From Candidatus Omnitrophota bacterium (GTDB lineage: Bacteria; Omnitrophota; Gorgyraeia; Duberdicusellales; 4484-171), in contig JAIPGM010000013.1 of the NCBI GenBank assembly GCA_021735655.1, positions 1 to 41,502 of the forward strand: a stretch of DNA of 41,502 nt, in the 5' to 3' direction. The notes below the pieces were generated by a model. It did no database searches. It saw nothing but the letters and a program-made list of their open reading frames with translations, and was not told the DNA's origin. Position 1 is the stretch's first letter; each line of letters begins with the position of its first letter. The position numbers were made by a program, and so were the translations under genes. This document shows positions 17,296-30,811 of this stretch, in pieces.

Positions 17296-19305
17296 TTAAT
17301 AACCGTGTTGATCGCGTATTTTCTTTTCCAAAGAATTTGCCGCAGCCGTTGATATTAGCTGAAGCTTATTAATATATTCTTTTACTTTTGATCTATCTTT
17401 TTTCTGAGCATTAACGTTAGCTAAGGTAACATAACACTGCGCCCTTAAAATATCAAAATTCTTAGGAGCTGAGCCAATCATCATGAGAGCTTCCTCGGTA
17501 GACTCAATGGCAGCATCATAATATCCCTTCTTAGCATAACTCAAACCCATCATGTGCTGAGAACTAACCACCCCTTCTGTGGCGTAATAGTATTCCTCGC
17601 TTCCCTTTTCAGTTTTAGCTTGAGCTTTTTTAAAATAATCGACTGCTATCCTAAATTCACTATCTAGAATCGCCTTTTCGCCAGATTCAGTCAAATCAGC
17701 AACATCCATTTTAAGCTTACCATAAATCCGTTTCTGATCATCAGGACTATATACTCTTTGCTTATATATTTCATCTACATGCCACTCGTCAACATAGCCA
17801 CCAGCTTGCTTTCTGTAAGGCTTTAATCTAGCTAAAAAGGTATGACTAATTACTAACCCCAAATCAAGCGCCTGATCGCAATACCTAATTGCCATATCCG
17901 GCTGGTTATTTTCTAAATATATATGCGAAAGATTTAAATAAGCATGAGCATCATAAGGGTTAAATAAAATAGCCTTTTTAGTTTCATCAACTGCCTCTTT
18001 GAAATTCTTTTTCCGATAATGGGCCCAACCAAGGTTTTTATGGGCCATAGAGTAATCTGGCTCTAATTCTATGGCTTTTCTTAATATTTTAATCGCATCA
18101 TCAATTTTGTTTATCTTTTCGTAAGCTGCTGCCAAGTTACTGTAAGCAATGGCTTCTCTAGGAGCAACCTCAATTGCCCTCTTAAACTCTTTAATCGCTA
18201 GCTGACTTCTTCCTTGCTGAAAATAAGTTGCTCCGAGCTCGTTATATAAATGTATATTACTCGGATCAATAGCTAAAGCCTTCTTTAGTTGAGCTACGGA
18301 ATCATTTAACCTCCCAGTCGATGCGTAAAGAGCCGATAGATAGATATGGCCATCAATAAAGCTAGGGTCAGCCTCAACGGCCCTTTCAGCATAACGTATT
18401 GCCGCAGCTGAATTCTTTACATACATTTCATCCTTAGCTGATAAGAAATAATTGTAGGCTTTGCTTAACTTAGTAGCAAAGTCTCCCATGCTCATCCTTG
18501 AAGTAGAATTAAAAAAACGCTTAACATCGTTAATTGGAATAGCAAAGTTAACATTCTGACCTTCAGGTTTGATAAAGGTCGTTATGCCTACTACCTGACC
18601 AGAAACGTCGAAAAGCGGCCCACCACTGTTTCCCGGAGATATCGGCGCACTAAACTGCAATGCGTCTTGACCGGAGAATAAACGCTTGCCGCTATAAAGA
18701 CCTTCAGTTATTGAATATTCTAAACCTAAAGGGGCCCCGATAACCAAGACTTTACTCCCTGGCTGTAAATAATTGGAATTTCCTAAACTAACCGTAGACA
18801 AACCACTAACACCTATCTTAAGCATGCAAATATCCCTAACCACATCATAGTAAGCGATTTCGATTACTGGATAAGTGCGGCCATCCTTAAGTCTAACCTC
18901 TATATCTTCAGCCCCGCCAACAACATGAAAATTAGTTACGATTATTCCATTTGAATCGACGACAAACCCGCTACCCTGACTTCTACCATGAGCCGACATT
19001 GCCGAAATAACTACAATTGCTGGAGAAACTTGCTGAAACACTTCGGTCGGAGTTTTTTGTAAAATAATCGTTGGCTGCCTTTCTAAATCTGGATATGAAC
19101 TACCACTCGAACCAGAATCAATTCGCTCAATCTTATCGCGATAGTATTTAATCATTATTCCGTCGATATCGACACGAATTGAATCGCTATTTTGCTCAAC
19201 GATTCTCCCCCGAACTACCTTCCCGTTTTTAAGATAAATCGTCTCGGAGAAACTCGAAGTTACGAATAAAACTGTTAGCAATAAAACAACTATTACTTTT
19301 TTCAT
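17296..19305 (-). CDS. Secreted trypsin-like serine peptidase (S1C/HtrA-like catalytic domain) fused to C-terminal TPR repeats.
   Basis: Signal peptide. Catalytic triad context TNFHVV...DICMLKI...GNSGGP. At least six TPR-like units (AIDPSNIHLYNELGATYFQQGR...). Length 669 aa. Confidence 0.75.
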   Translation of the reverse strand: MKKVIVVLLLTVLFVTSSFSETIYLKNGKVVRGRIVEQNSDSIRVDIDGIMIKYYRDKIERIDSGSSGSSYPDLERQPTIILQKTPTEVFQQVSPAIVVISAMSAHGRSQGSGFVVDSNGIIVTNFHVVGGAEDIEVRLKDGRTYPVIEIAYYDVVRDICMLKIGVSGLSTVSLGNSNYLQPGSKVLVIGAPLGLEYSITEGLYSGKRLFSGQDALQFSAPISPGNSGGPLFDVSGQVVGITTFIKPEGQNVNFAIPINDVKRFFNSTSRMSMGDFATKLSKAYNYFLSAKDEMYVKNSAAAIRYAERAVEADPSFIDGHIYLSALYASTGRLNDSVAQLKKALAIDPSNIHLYNELGATYFQQGRSQLAIKEFKRAIEVAPREAIAYSNLAAAYEKINKIDDAIKILRKAIELEPDYSMAHKNLGWAHYRKKNFKEAVDETKKAILFNPYDAHAYLNLSHIYLENNQPDMAIRYCDQALDLGLVISHTFLARLKPYRKQAGGYVDEWHVDEIYKQRVYSPDDQKRIYGKLKMDVADLTESGEKAILDSEFRIAVDYFKKAQAKTEKGSEEYYYATEGVVSSQHMMGLSYAKKGYYDAAIESTEEALMMIGSAPKNFDILRAQCYVTLANVNAQKKDRSKVKEYINKLQLISTAAANSLEKKIRDQHGY

Positions 19306-20279
19306 AAATTTTTGATATCTTCTGTCTGGGCAACCCCTAGTTCACTCATAAACTTATCGATAGCCGCAGTTTCCTCAAGATCATCAATAAGTCTTTCCTT
19401 AAAAACAATCTCTTCTCCTTTAAGAATAAAATTAGAAAGGGCCTGGGCTTCATCTCTAACATTATCCTGGTCATGAACAAAAAAATGCTCCTGGTTTATG
19501 CCTTTCCTAAGAACATCTCCTAAAAAATATAAACTTTTATATTTAGTCAAAAAGTTGTTAACTATCACTATCTCTTCTTCAAAAAAATCATGATTAGCAA
19601 TAAATCCACTATCAATGAATACTAGCTGTGAAGAAAATACTTTCAATGGCAAAATTTTAACCGCCTTAACCATACCTTCTCCAACTGCCTCCTCAATATT
19701 AACGCCAAGGTAAAATTTCACCTTTTTAGCCTCTAGCAACTCAATAAGCTTCTCCTTGTGGCCATTAAGAAAATCCAAATTATCAGCTACCAAATTAACT
19801 TCCTTGCCTAAATTAATTAAAGAGATGACCAATCTGATCCCCAACCAACTCGAAACACAAACTGTTGCTTCATGAGATATACGCAAAAGATCCTTTAATT
19901 TTAATGGGTCTATCTGAGAAAGATAAAAAAATCCTTCCCGATGATCACCCTTAACCTCTATTTTTCTTGATTTAAGGCCTGTGGCTAAAACAACTGCTTC
20001 ATACTCACAAGGTTCGGCTTTCTTGAAAAAAATCCGTTTACGATTAGGATTAATTCTCTCTACCTGGGCCTGGATAAATTCAATATTTAATTTATTGGCC
20101 CATTCCGCTAAATCAATCCGACGAGAAATATCTCCAGGATGAGTTATCACTTCAAGCCTAGAAAAATAATACTTATTTTTATCAATCAGAGTAATCTTTA
20201 AGGTAGGATTTCCTGCGCGCAGTTTTTCGGTAAAAGCTAACCCTGATAAACCTGCTCCAATAACAGTAATGTTTTCCAT
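19302..20279 (-). CDS. FAD-dependent pyridine-nucleotide-disulfide oxidoreductase-like protein (NDH-2/SQR-like fold). Second dinucleotide site appears degenerate.
   Basis: N-terminal VIGAGLSGLAF (GxGxxG). 325 aa. ATGA overlap with the downstream protease gene. Confidence 0.5.
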   Translation of the reverse strand: MENITVIGAGLSGLAFTEKLRAGNPTLKITLIDKNKYYFSRLEVITHPGDISRRIDLAEWANKLNIEFIQAQVERINPNRKRIFFKKAEPCEYEAVVLATGLKSRKIEVKGDHREGFFYLSQIDPLKLKDLLRISHEATVCVSSWLGIRLVISLINLGKEVNLVADNLDFLNGHKEKLIELLEAKKVKFYLGVNIEEAVGEGMVKAVKILPLKVFSSQLVFIDSGFIANHDFFEEEIVIVNNFLTKYKSLYFLGDVLRKGINQEHFFVHDQDNVRDEAQALSNFILKGEEIVFKERLIDDLEETAAIDKFMSELGVAQTEDIKNL

Positions 20280-20280
20280 T

Positions 20281-21108
20281 CTATTTTTTCTGACTTTTCG
20301 CTGCTGATACTAAATTAGCAAATAAAAACATTGTAGTCAATCTACCTACACCGCCGGGAACCGGCGTAATAGCCAAAGTCTTTTCTTTGGCTTTATCGAA
20401 CTCGACATCCCCCACGGTTTTTCCGTTCCTTTGGCCAGTACCAACATCAATTACCACAGCCCCCTCTTTTATCCAGTCAGCCTTAATCAACTCTGGGACC
20501 CCGGCTGCTGAAATCAAAATATCAGCATTAGCTATATAGAAAGGCAAATCCTCTTTCTTAGTTGCCTTGTGAACAATAGTTACCGTAGCAATCTCATTAG
20601 CTAAAAATAAAGTCAAAGGTTTGCCAATAAGTGAAGAAAAACCGACGATTACAACTCTTTTTCCTTTAAGCTCTACTTTGGTTTCCTTAAGTAGCTCAAT
20701 AACACTAGCAGCCGTGGGTGAGATAAACTTATTTTCCCCGCTAAAAAATCTACCTAAATTTAATGGATGCATCCCCTCAACGTCCTTATCCGGATCAAGC
20801 AAAGAGAACACTTCCTGATCATTCCAATCCGGAAATAAAGGTTTATTTAAGATTATCCCGATTACTTTTGGATCATTGTTTAATTTTTCTAGTTTAGATT
20901 TAAGATCTGCCAATGAAACTGCTGGGGATATAATTGGAAAGTCTACACCTAATTCTTCGGCTAACTTCCTTTGGGCTTGATAGTATTCGGAGGTTTTTTG
21001 AGCTGTCAGTACTGAGGCTAAACAGAGCTTGCCCACAGACTCTAAGTCTATCTTGATTTGTTTTTTTAACCCCTCACAAAGTTTATCAGCGTGCAAAATT
21101 ACTGACAT
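20281..21108 (-). CDS. folD: Bifunctional methylenetetrahydrofolate dehydrogenase/methenyl-THF cyclohydrolase.
   Basis: GKRVVIVGFSSLIGKPL, VVIDVGT and PVPGGVGRLT blocks. Length 275 aa. Confidence 0.9.
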   Translation of the reverse strand: MSVILHADKLCEGLKKQIKIDLESVGKLCLASVLTAQKTSEYYQAQRKLAEELGVDFPIISPAVSLADLKSKLEKLNNDPKVIGIILNKPLFPDWNDQEVFSLLDPDKDVEGMHPLNLGRFFSGENKFISPTAASVIELLKETKVELKGKRVVIVGFSSLIGKPLTLFLANEIATVTIVHKATKKEDLPFYIANADILISAAGVPELIKADWIKEGAVVIDVGTGQRNGKTVGDVEFDKAKEKTLAITPVPGGVGRLTTMFLFANLVSAAKSQKK

Positions 21109-21611
21109 TTTCTTAAAGCCTTTTTCAATTCTCCTAGATGCTTATTCTTTTTGCCAAACATCTTAGAATTAGCCTCTAAATTGGAAATACAACCAAAGAG
21201 AGTTATCTTTACAAACTTTAAACCGATATGGAAATCGCTAATTATACCTTTTTTTATACCAGATTCCATAGCTTTCGCAAGCGAAAACACCTGCTGGCAA
21301 TTTTTTGCTAGGTCAACGATCATCTTCTCGCTAATACAAATATTAGCTAAACGCCTGGCCCCTTTACTATTCATGATTTTTTCGAAAAGATAAGCGTCCT
21401 TATCAACATAAATGTAGGCCTTATTTCTTAAATTTTTTAAAATAATTATTTGTTTTTTAAATTTTTTAGGATCGGAATAATTAATCGCCTTTTCGATCAA
21501 GCTAACCCCCAGGCAAAAAGCTAAAGAAACCGCGCTGCCGCCTCCAGGAGATGGTTTTCGTTTCCCTAAATCATTCAAATAAGTCTTAAATTTAGCTCGA
21601 TAGGTTTTCAT
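21099..21611 (-). CDS. Cyclodeaminase/cyclohydrolase family protein (FtcD C-terminal-domain / FchA-like).
   Basis: KPSPGGGSAVSLAFCLGVSL matches the FTCD_C (T/S)PGGGS motif. Adjacent to folD. Confidence 0.65.
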   Translation of the reverse strand: MKTYRAKFKTYLNDLGKRKPSPGGGSAVSLAFCLGVSLIEKAINYSDPKKFKKQIIILKNLRNKAYIYVDKDAYLFEKIMNSKGARRLANICISEKMIVDLAKNCQQVFSLAKAMESGIKKGIISDFHIGLKFVKITLFGCISNLEANSKMFGKKNKHLGELKKALRKCQ

Positions 21612-21640
21612 TTTAATGAGACTTGGTTTTTTTGAAATTA

Positions 21641-22210
21641 CTATTTTAAAAAAGCCTTAGTCGAATTAAAGCTCCTTCTGTGCAGTGGTGATAATTGATA
21701 TTTTTTTATCAACGAAAAATGCTCACTTGTAGGATAACCCTTATGCTTTGAAAAGTTCCACTCCGGATATAAAAAGTGAGCGGTCTTCATCAGATGGTCT
21801 CTAGTTACTTTAGCCATAATTGATGCACAAGAGACCTCTCTAACTTTTCTGTCTGCCCCTTTCATGCACAAATAATCCAACGATAAATCAGTACGAAAAA
21901 GGGGTCCGTCGATGATAAACTTTGCCTTATTTAAAGCTGGTGAATCTTTCAATAAAGATCTTATTGCTCGATTGAAAGCTAAAAAAGTTGCCTCAAGAAT
22001 ATTAAACTTATCAATTTCGCTAACTTCAGCTATCCCAACCCTAAACTGAGAATTTTCAATTAACCAGGAAAAAGCTTCTTCTCTTAATCTAGCGCTGAGA
22101 AGCTTGGAATCTTTAACTTCAAAAGGAGGATCTTTCCTAAGATGTAAAGCGCAAGCGACCACTACTCCGGCCAAAGGACCTCTGCCTGCCTCATCTACAC
22201 CAACAATCAT
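21641..22210 (-). CDS. rnhB: Ribonuclease HII.
   Basis: MIVGVDEAGRGPLAGVVV active-site start. Length 189 aa. Confidence 0.9.
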   Translation of the reverse strand: MIVGVDEAGRGPLAGVVVACALHLRKDPPFEVKDSKLLSARLREEAFSWLIENSQFRVGIAEVSEIDKFNILEATFLAFNRAIRSLLKDSPALNKAKFIIDGPLFRTDLSLDYLCMKGADRKVREVSCASIMAKVTRDHLMKTAHFLYPEWNFSKHKGYPTSEHFSLIKKYQLSPLHRRSFNSTKAFLK

Positions 22211-22557
22211 TATGCTGCTGTAGCTCGTTTACCAATTCTTCCTCGCAAATAATAGAGTCGTTTCCTACGTGGCCGACGACTACCTTGTTTAACTAGTTCT
22301 ATCTTGTCGATATTCGGAGAATAATAAGGAAAAGTTACCTCATAAGCCTCTCCGTAAGCCAGCCTCCGCACCGTGAAAGTTTTACGATGCATTGCTCCTT
22401 GGGTTTTTATTACCACTCCCTCAACCGGATGCAAGCGCACCTTATCTTTCTCCCTAATCTTATAGTAAACTTTAATAATATCACCTGCCCTAAAAACAGG
22501 ATGATCCTTTTTTAATGATTCCTTTAGCTCTTTCTCAACCATAAATAGTTTATCCAT
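22210..22557 (-). CDS. rplS: 50S ribosomal protein L19.
   Basis: Typical bL19 sequence (FRAGDIIKVYYKI...RRLAYGEAYEVTFP). Follows trmD as in the conserved trmD-rplS operon. Confidence 0.9.
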   Translation of the reverse strand: MDKLFMVEKELKESLKKDHPVFRAGDIIKVYYKIREKDKVRLHPVEGVVIKTQGAMHRKTFTVRRLAYGEAYEVTFPYYSPNIDKIELVKQGSRRPRRKRLYYLRGRIGKRATAA

Positions 22558-22560
22558 CGC

Positions 22561-25428
<2,868 letters not shown>

Positions 25429-25429
<1 letters not shown>

Positions 25430-26139
25430 TAAAGGGATGTAAAAACATTCTCTCTGCGGGTGATTAGTATTGGACCGAAAAGCTCCTCCTGTACTGCCGC
25501 TATTTCCCTTAATTTTATTAACTCTAATATTGCCAAGAAAGTAACGACCGTTTCTAGCTTACTTTTTGCCGATGAAAACAAATCACTTAAAGAAACCTTA
25601 TCCTTTACTAACAAAAGATGCAGTAAATCGTGGATCTTCTCCTCAACCGTAAATTCATCCTTAACCACCTCAAAAAATATATCTTTAGGTATTTCTTTAA
25701 GGGCAGTTTTGAAAGCGCTGATTAAATCAAAAATTGAAGCCTCAATGTAGACTTCCGAATTACCTAAATCGGAAGTACCTTGACGCTTAAAATACCGGTT
25801 GCGCTCAATCTCTTTATCCTTTAAAAACTCTGCCGCTTCTTTGAACTTTTCATATTCAAGAAGCCGACGCATTAATTCTTCTCTCGGGTCTTCTTCAAGC
25901 TCTTCCGGTTCTTCTTCGCGCGGCAGGAGCATTTTAGACTTAATATTGATCAAGTTAGCAGCCATAACCAAATATTCAGAAGCCATATTGATATCAAGAA
26001 GCTGCATCAACTCTAGAAACTGCAAATATTGGTCGATAACTTTAACGATCGGAATATCATAAATATTTAGATGATCTTTTTTAATTAAATAAATAAGTAA
26101 ATCCAGGGGCCCTTCGAATATGTCCAACTTAATCTTCAT
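25429..26139 (-). CDS. scpA: Segregation and condensation protein A (kleisin).
   Basis: MKIKLDIFEGPLDLLIYLIKKDHLNIYDIPI is a canonical ScpA N-terminus. Length 236 aa. Confidence 0.8.
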
Positions 26140-26147
26140 ATTTTACT

Positions 26148-27152
26148 TTAAGAACCTATACCCAAATGCAAACAATCTTTAACTTTAGCTATTGTCTTTT
26201 GCGCTACTAGCCTTGCTTCTTTGGTGCCTTGATCTAATATCGATCTAACATCGCCATCAGAGAAAGACTCTCGTTTTTTTCGTATCGGAGCCAGAAAACC
26301 GTTTAAGGCCTGATATAATTTCTCCTTAACTTCTACATCGCCTACCTTTCCTGACTGATAGCGTTTTTTTAAATCGATAACTTCTTTTTTGTCAGAATTA
26401 AAAAGATCATGATAGATAAAAACCGGATTACCCTCAACTGTACCCGGAACATCGGCTCGAGTACGTTTAGGATCAGTATACATACTAAAAACTTTCTTTT
26501 TTAGTGCGCTTTCAGAATCAGATAAATTAATTGAATTGTTATAACTTTTTGACATCTTTCGATTGTCAATGCCAACAAGCTTGGAAACTGAAGTAAGTAT
26601 TGGTTTTGGCTCTCTAAAGATATTTTTTTTATACAGTTTATGGAATTTACGAATAACGTCCCGGGCTAATTCAAGATGTGGCACCTGATCTATGCCCACC
26701 GGAACACTATCGGCGCCATATAAAGCTATGTCGGCAGCCTGAAGCACAGGATAGCCCAAAAATCCATAAGTTGCTAACATCCGCCCTTTTAACTCTCTAA
26801 GTTGCTCCTTATAGGTAGTGCATCGCTCAAGCCACCCTAAAGGGGTAATCAACGAAAAAACCATTGCTAATTCAAGATGCTCAGGTATGGAACTTTGAAT
26901 GAACAGCGGACTTTGCTCGGGGTTTATTCCACAAGAAAGCCAATCCTTAACTATCTCAATACTGTTTTCCTTAATATTCGAAGGGTTCTCGTAGTCGCTC
27001 ATTAAGGCATGCCAATCAGCAACCATGAAAAAGCATTTATATTCTTTTTGTAGCTCAATCCAATTAGAAATTGCTCCAACCCAATGTCCTAAATGCAGTT
27101 TACCAGTTGGCCGCATTCCACTTAAAATCACCTTTTTATTCATCTTTGCCAT
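26148..27152 (-). CDS. trpS: Tryptophan--tRNA ligase.
   Basis: HIGH-type motif TGKLHLGHW and KMSKS. Length 334 aa. Confidence 0.9.
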   Translation of the reverse strand: MAKMNKKVILSGMRPTGKLHLGHWVGAISNWIELQKEYKCFFMVADWHALMSDYENPSNIKENSIEIVKDWLSCGINPEQSPLFIQSSIPEHLELAMVFSLITPLGWLERCTTYKEQLRELKGRMLATYGFLGYPVLQAADIALYGADSVPVGIDQVPHLELARDVIRKFHKLYKKNIFREPKPILTSVSKLVGIDNRKMSKSYNNSINLSDSESALKKKVFSMYTDPKRTRADVPGTVEGNPVFIYHDLFNSDKKEVIDLKKRYQSGKVGDVEVKEKLYQALNGFLAPIRKKRESFSDGDVRSILDQGTKEARLVAQKTIAKVKDCLHLGIGS

Positions 27153-27163
27153 AAATCTAAGTC

Positions 27164-29071
27164 TTATTTTAATTTACGGGCAATAATCTCTTCATTGAAA
27201 ACATCGATAATGTCGCCTTCTTGATATTTTTCATAACCGATGCCAATACCGCACTCGGTCCCTTCAGTAACCTCTTTTACGTCGTCCTTAAAGCGTTTCA
27301 AAGTAACAACTTTCCCTTCAAAAATTATTTCATTAGCCCGAAATAAATGACAAGGAACCCCGCGGGTAATTTTTCCTTTTTCCACTATGCAACCGGCGAC
27401 TATACCACTCCTAGACAGTTTAAACACGGCTTTAACTCTGGCTCTTCCCAAAAAGGTACGTTTAATTTGAGGAGTCAACAAACCTTCCAAAGCTGCCTTA
27501 ACATCATCAATAAGTTCATAAACTATCTGATAGGATCTCAATTCAATGCCTTTTGACTTTGCCTGTTCTCTGACCTGAGCATCTATTCCTACCTTGAATC
27601 CAACAATAATCGAATCGGTAACCTCAGCTAAAAGAACGTCAGAAGAATTAACTGCACCGACCCCCTTATGAATTATATTAAGCTCTACCTCTTTAGAAGG
27701 AATTTTTAAAAGTGCCTGTTCAACAGCCTCAAGTGTCCCGCCAACATCTGCCTTAAGAATCACCTTGAGCTGTTTTAAGGCGTTTTCTTTCATTTTTTGA
27801 TAAAGATCTTCTAATTTTAAATGGGCCGTAGGCACCAATTTCTTCTTCTCTTGGACAGCCAGTCTTTTGGCAACAATTTCCCGAGCGCTTTTTTCCTCAG
27901 GAACAACTAAAAGTTGATCCCCGGGATTAGGCACTCCGCCCAAGCCAAGGATTTCAATCGGATGAGCTGGGCCAGCCTCTTTTATTAGTTTGCCACGGTC
28001 ATCATGCATTGCCTTAACCCGACCACAATGAACTCCACAAATACACCAATCTCCTACTTTTAAAACTCCCTCTTGGACTAAAGCCGTAGCTAAAGAACCC
28101 TTACCGCCGGAAAGTCTGGCTTCAACGACAATTCCGATAGCAGGTCTTTCGTAATCAGCCTTAAGCTCCATTATCTCAGCTTGAAGAATAATTAAATCCA
28201 AAAGTTCATCAACTCCATCACCGGTCTTAGCTGAAACACCAACCGTAATGGTCTTGCCACCCCAATCTTCAGGAGTAAGGTCAAGCTTTGAAAGTTGCTG
28301 CTTAACCATATCAATATTAGCATTGGCTTTATCAATTTTATTAACAGCAACAATTATCGGTACTTTGGCTGCCCGAGCATGATCAATAGCTTCAATAGTC
28401 TGAGGCTTAACGCCATCATCAGCGGCAACTACGATTACTACGATATCAGTAACATTTGCACCGCGAGCCCGCATGGCGGTAAAAGTTTCATGGCCAGGGG
28501 TGTCAAGAAAACTAACACTACCCTTGTCAAGATTTACCTGATAGGCCCCCATATGCTGAGTGATGCCTCCGGTTTCCTTATCAGCAACCTTACTTTTACG
28601 TATATAGTCAAGAATACTGGTTTTACCGTGATCAATATGCCCCATAAGAGTAACGATTGGGGCTCGCTTTTTCAAATTTTTCGGCGTGCTTTTAAGAATT
28701 GTCTCTTCTTGAGAAGGCTTCTGACGCAGATTAACTTTATAACTATAGGCAATTTCGCAAGCTGCCTTTTCATCTAAACTCTGGTTAATTGTAAATAGCT
28801 TCCTCTGTTTTATTAAATCACCAAGAAGCTCTGAAGGTTTTTTGTTCAGCCTAACTGACAATTCCTTAACCGTTATCGGAAAATCAACCTCAATCACATT
28901 GCCTTCAATTTCTTGACGCTCAATCTCTCCAAGCTCATGCTTAACAATTTCTGCGGTTTCAGCATCTATGCTCGACATATGGTTTTTAACCTGGACATTA
29001 AGCTTCTTTAATTTTTTAATTAGCTCTTTAGAGTCTACCCCTAAATCCTTTGCCAGTTCATGAATTCTCAT
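27164..29071 (-). CDS. infB: Translation initiation factor IF-2 (short form, 635 aa).
   Basis: G-domain [14 protein letters not shown] and NKIDK motifs. C-terminal IF2 beta-barrels. Follows nusA. Confidence 0.95.
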   Translation of the reverse strand: MRIHELAKDLGVDSKELIKKLKKLNVQVKNHMSSIDAETAEIVKHELGEIERQEIEGNVIEVDFPITVKELSVRLNKKPSELLGDLIKQRKLFTINQSLDEKAACEIAYSYKVNLRQKPSQEETILKSTPKNLKKRAPIVTLMGHIDHGKTSILDYIRKSKVADKETGGITQHMGAYQVNLDKGSVSFLDTPGHETFTAMRARGANVTDIVVIVVAADDGVKPQTIEAIDHARAAKVPIIVAVNKIDKANANIDMVKQQLSKLDLTPEDWGGKTITVGVSAKTGDGVDELLDLIILQAEIMELKADYERPAIGIVVEARLSGGKGSLATALVQEGVLKVGDWCICGVHCGRVKAMHDDRGKLIKEAGPAHPIEILGLGGVPNPGDQLLVVPEEKSAREIVAKRLAVQEKKKLVPTAHLKLEDLYQKMKENALKQLKVILKADVGGTLEAVEQALLKIPSKEVELNIIHKGVGAVNSSDVLLAEVTDSIIVGFKVGIDAQVREQAKSKGIELRSYQIVYELIDDVKAALEGLLTPQIKRTFLGRARVKAVFKLSRSGIVAGCIVEKGKITRGVPCHLFRANEIIFEGKVVTLKRFKDDVKEVTEGTECGIGIGYEKYQEGDIIDVFNEEIIARKLK

Positions 29072-29103
29072 CTAAAATTTCTCCTTGGTGTTAGAATTAC
29101 ACT

Positions 29104-30339
29104 CTATTCTTCTTTCGAATCTTCCTTAACCTTATCTTTAGCTTTCTTAACTGGTTCTTCTTTAACCTTTTTTACTTCTTTCGGTTTTTGACCAGCTGAA
29201 CTAATCTTTTTTGCCTCAGAAATTATACCCTCAGCCTTCTTCTTTCCGATACCTTTTAACTTAGAAAGATAATCTGCATCTTTCCTGGTTAAAGAAGCTA
29301 TATCAGAAAAACCAGAATCAACCAAGACAGCGGCCACTGTTTTGCCTATACTTTTAAGTTTAAGTAATTTTTTTATACTTTCTTCTATGCTCTCGCGAGA
29401 ACGAACATCAATGTCCCAACCCACGAGTTTTGAAGCTAAGCAAACATTCTGGCCCCTTCGACCAATAGCCAAAGATAGCTGATCTCCAGCAACCAATACC
29501 TTAGCTCTTCTTTGATCCCGATCAAGTTCAATCATTGAAACAACCTCCAGTGAGAGTGCTGCCTTCATAAACTCTTTAATGTCTTCACTCCACCTAACAA
29601 TATCTATTTTTTCACCGCGTAACTCTTCAATTATACTCTTTACCCGAGAGCCTCTTATACCAACGCAGGCTCCGACGCAGTCAACCTTATCGTCTTTAGA
29701 AACTACAGCCACTTTTGTTCTTTCACCGGCTTCACGAGCAATCGACTTGATTTCAACGATTCCTTCACCGATTTCGGGAACTTCCAAATTAAAAAGCTTA
29801 CGCACCAATCCTTCATGTCGACGAGAGAGAACTATCTGAACTCCCTTTTCTTTCTTTACCTCATAAACAAAAGCCTTGACCCGCTCACCGAGTCTAAAAC
29901 GATCCAAAGGTGAAAGGAAAGAGTTAGGAATAATCCCCTCAGCTCTTCCCATAAGGTCAATAATTACTGCCTTCTGCTCCATTCGATATACAACCCCTCC
30001 AACAATATCCCCCTCTTTAGTCTTGTAATCATCGTAAATGTTATCCTTCTCAGCCTCACGAATTTTCTGAATAATCACCTGCCGAGCAGTTTGGGCTGCA
30101 ATCCGCCCAAAATCGTTTGATTTTAACTCTTTTCCGTCAACGTAAATGCTTATATCTCCTTTTGCAGGGTCTATTTCTACACTTACCTCTGGATCCTCCT
30201 CTAGAGAAGGGTTCGTTATTTTGGCAATCTTTTTTGCTGCCACAATCAAAGCATGTTTTACAGCATCAAGAAGAACCTCCTTATCAAGGCCTTTTTCCCT
30301 CTCTAGCTGTGAAAGAATAGTTAAAAATTCTTTTTTCAC
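29104..30339 (-). CDS. nusA: Transcription termination/antitermination factor NusA with a Lys-rich C-terminal tail.
   Basis: N-terminal NusA domain, S1 and two KH domains. Conserved rimP-nusA-infB order. Length 411 aa. Confidence 0.9.
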   Translation of the reverse strand: MKKEFLTILSQLEREKGLDKEVLLDAVKHALIVAAKKIAKITNPSLEEDPEVSVEIDPAKGDISIYVDGKELKSNDFGRIAAQTARQVIIQKIREAEKDNIYDDYKTKEGDIVGGVVYRMEQKAVIIDLMGRAEGIIPNSFLSPLDRFRLGERVKAFVYEVKKEKGVQIVLSRRHEGLVRKLFNLEVPEIGEGIVEIKSIAREAGERTKVAVVSKDDKVDCVGACVGIRGSRVKSIIEELRGEKIDIVRWSEDIKEFMKAALSLEVVSMIELDRDQRRAKVLVAGDQLSLAIGRRGQNVCLASKLVGWDIDVRSRESIEESIKKLLKLKSIGKTVAAVLVDSGFSDIASLTRKDADYLSKLKGIGKKKAEGIISEAKKISSAGQKPKEVKKVKEEPVKKAKDKVKEDSKEE

Positions 30340-30346
30340 TTTATAT

Positions 30347-30811
30347 TCATCCTCCTTTAATCATTATTTTTTCTTTTCCTAATTTTATTTTCTTTAAATC
30401 AATTTTAAAATTATTATCTTTAGCGCTTATCACTATCTTATCTACACCTACCTCTTTGAGCTCACCTTCCAGATACTCTTTGCCTTCGACCGGCTCATTT
30501 AACCATAATAAAACAAATCGGCCCTTAGCCTTTAAAAAATCTTTGTACTCCTTTAGCGGCCGGTCCAAACCGGGAGAATTTATCTCTACTCTGTAATCTT
30601 CAACCGGGATGCCTTCCTCAGTTAAGCGAAAAACAATTCTTTTATTCACTTCAGCGCAAGTCCTCAAAGTCACGCCGCCCTCAGGATAATCTACCGCACC
30701 ACGAATTGTTTTAGACGATCCTTGGATAACCTTTAAATCAATTAACTCAAGCTGGGCCTCCTTAACCACTGCCCCAACTATCTCCTCAATTCTTCCTTGG
30801 TTATCGGCCAT
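30347..30811 (-). CDS. rimP: Ribosome maturation factor RimP.
   Basis: SPGLDRPL motif. Position upstream of nusA. Length 154 aa. Confidence 0.85.
   Translation of the reverse strand: MADNQGRIEEIVGAVVKEAQLELIDLKVIQGSSKTIRGAVDYPEGGVTLRTCAEVNKRIVFRLTEEGIPVEDYRVEINSPGLDRPLKEYKDFLKAKGRFVLLWLNEPVEGKEYLEGELKEVGVDKIVISAKDNNFKIDLKKIKLGKEKIMIKGG

Noticed and set aside
28295-28777. 160-aa plus-strand ORF (and other plus-strand ORFs such as 2328-2576, 8559-8771, 10068-10340, 25460-25750, 25799-26062, 36316-36651).
   Set aside because: All lie antisense within well-supported conserved minus-strand genes (infB, aspS, hisS, scpA, dxr and others), have low-complexity Ser/Leu-rich translations, and lack SD sites. 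These are typical antisense artefacts of AT-rich DNA.
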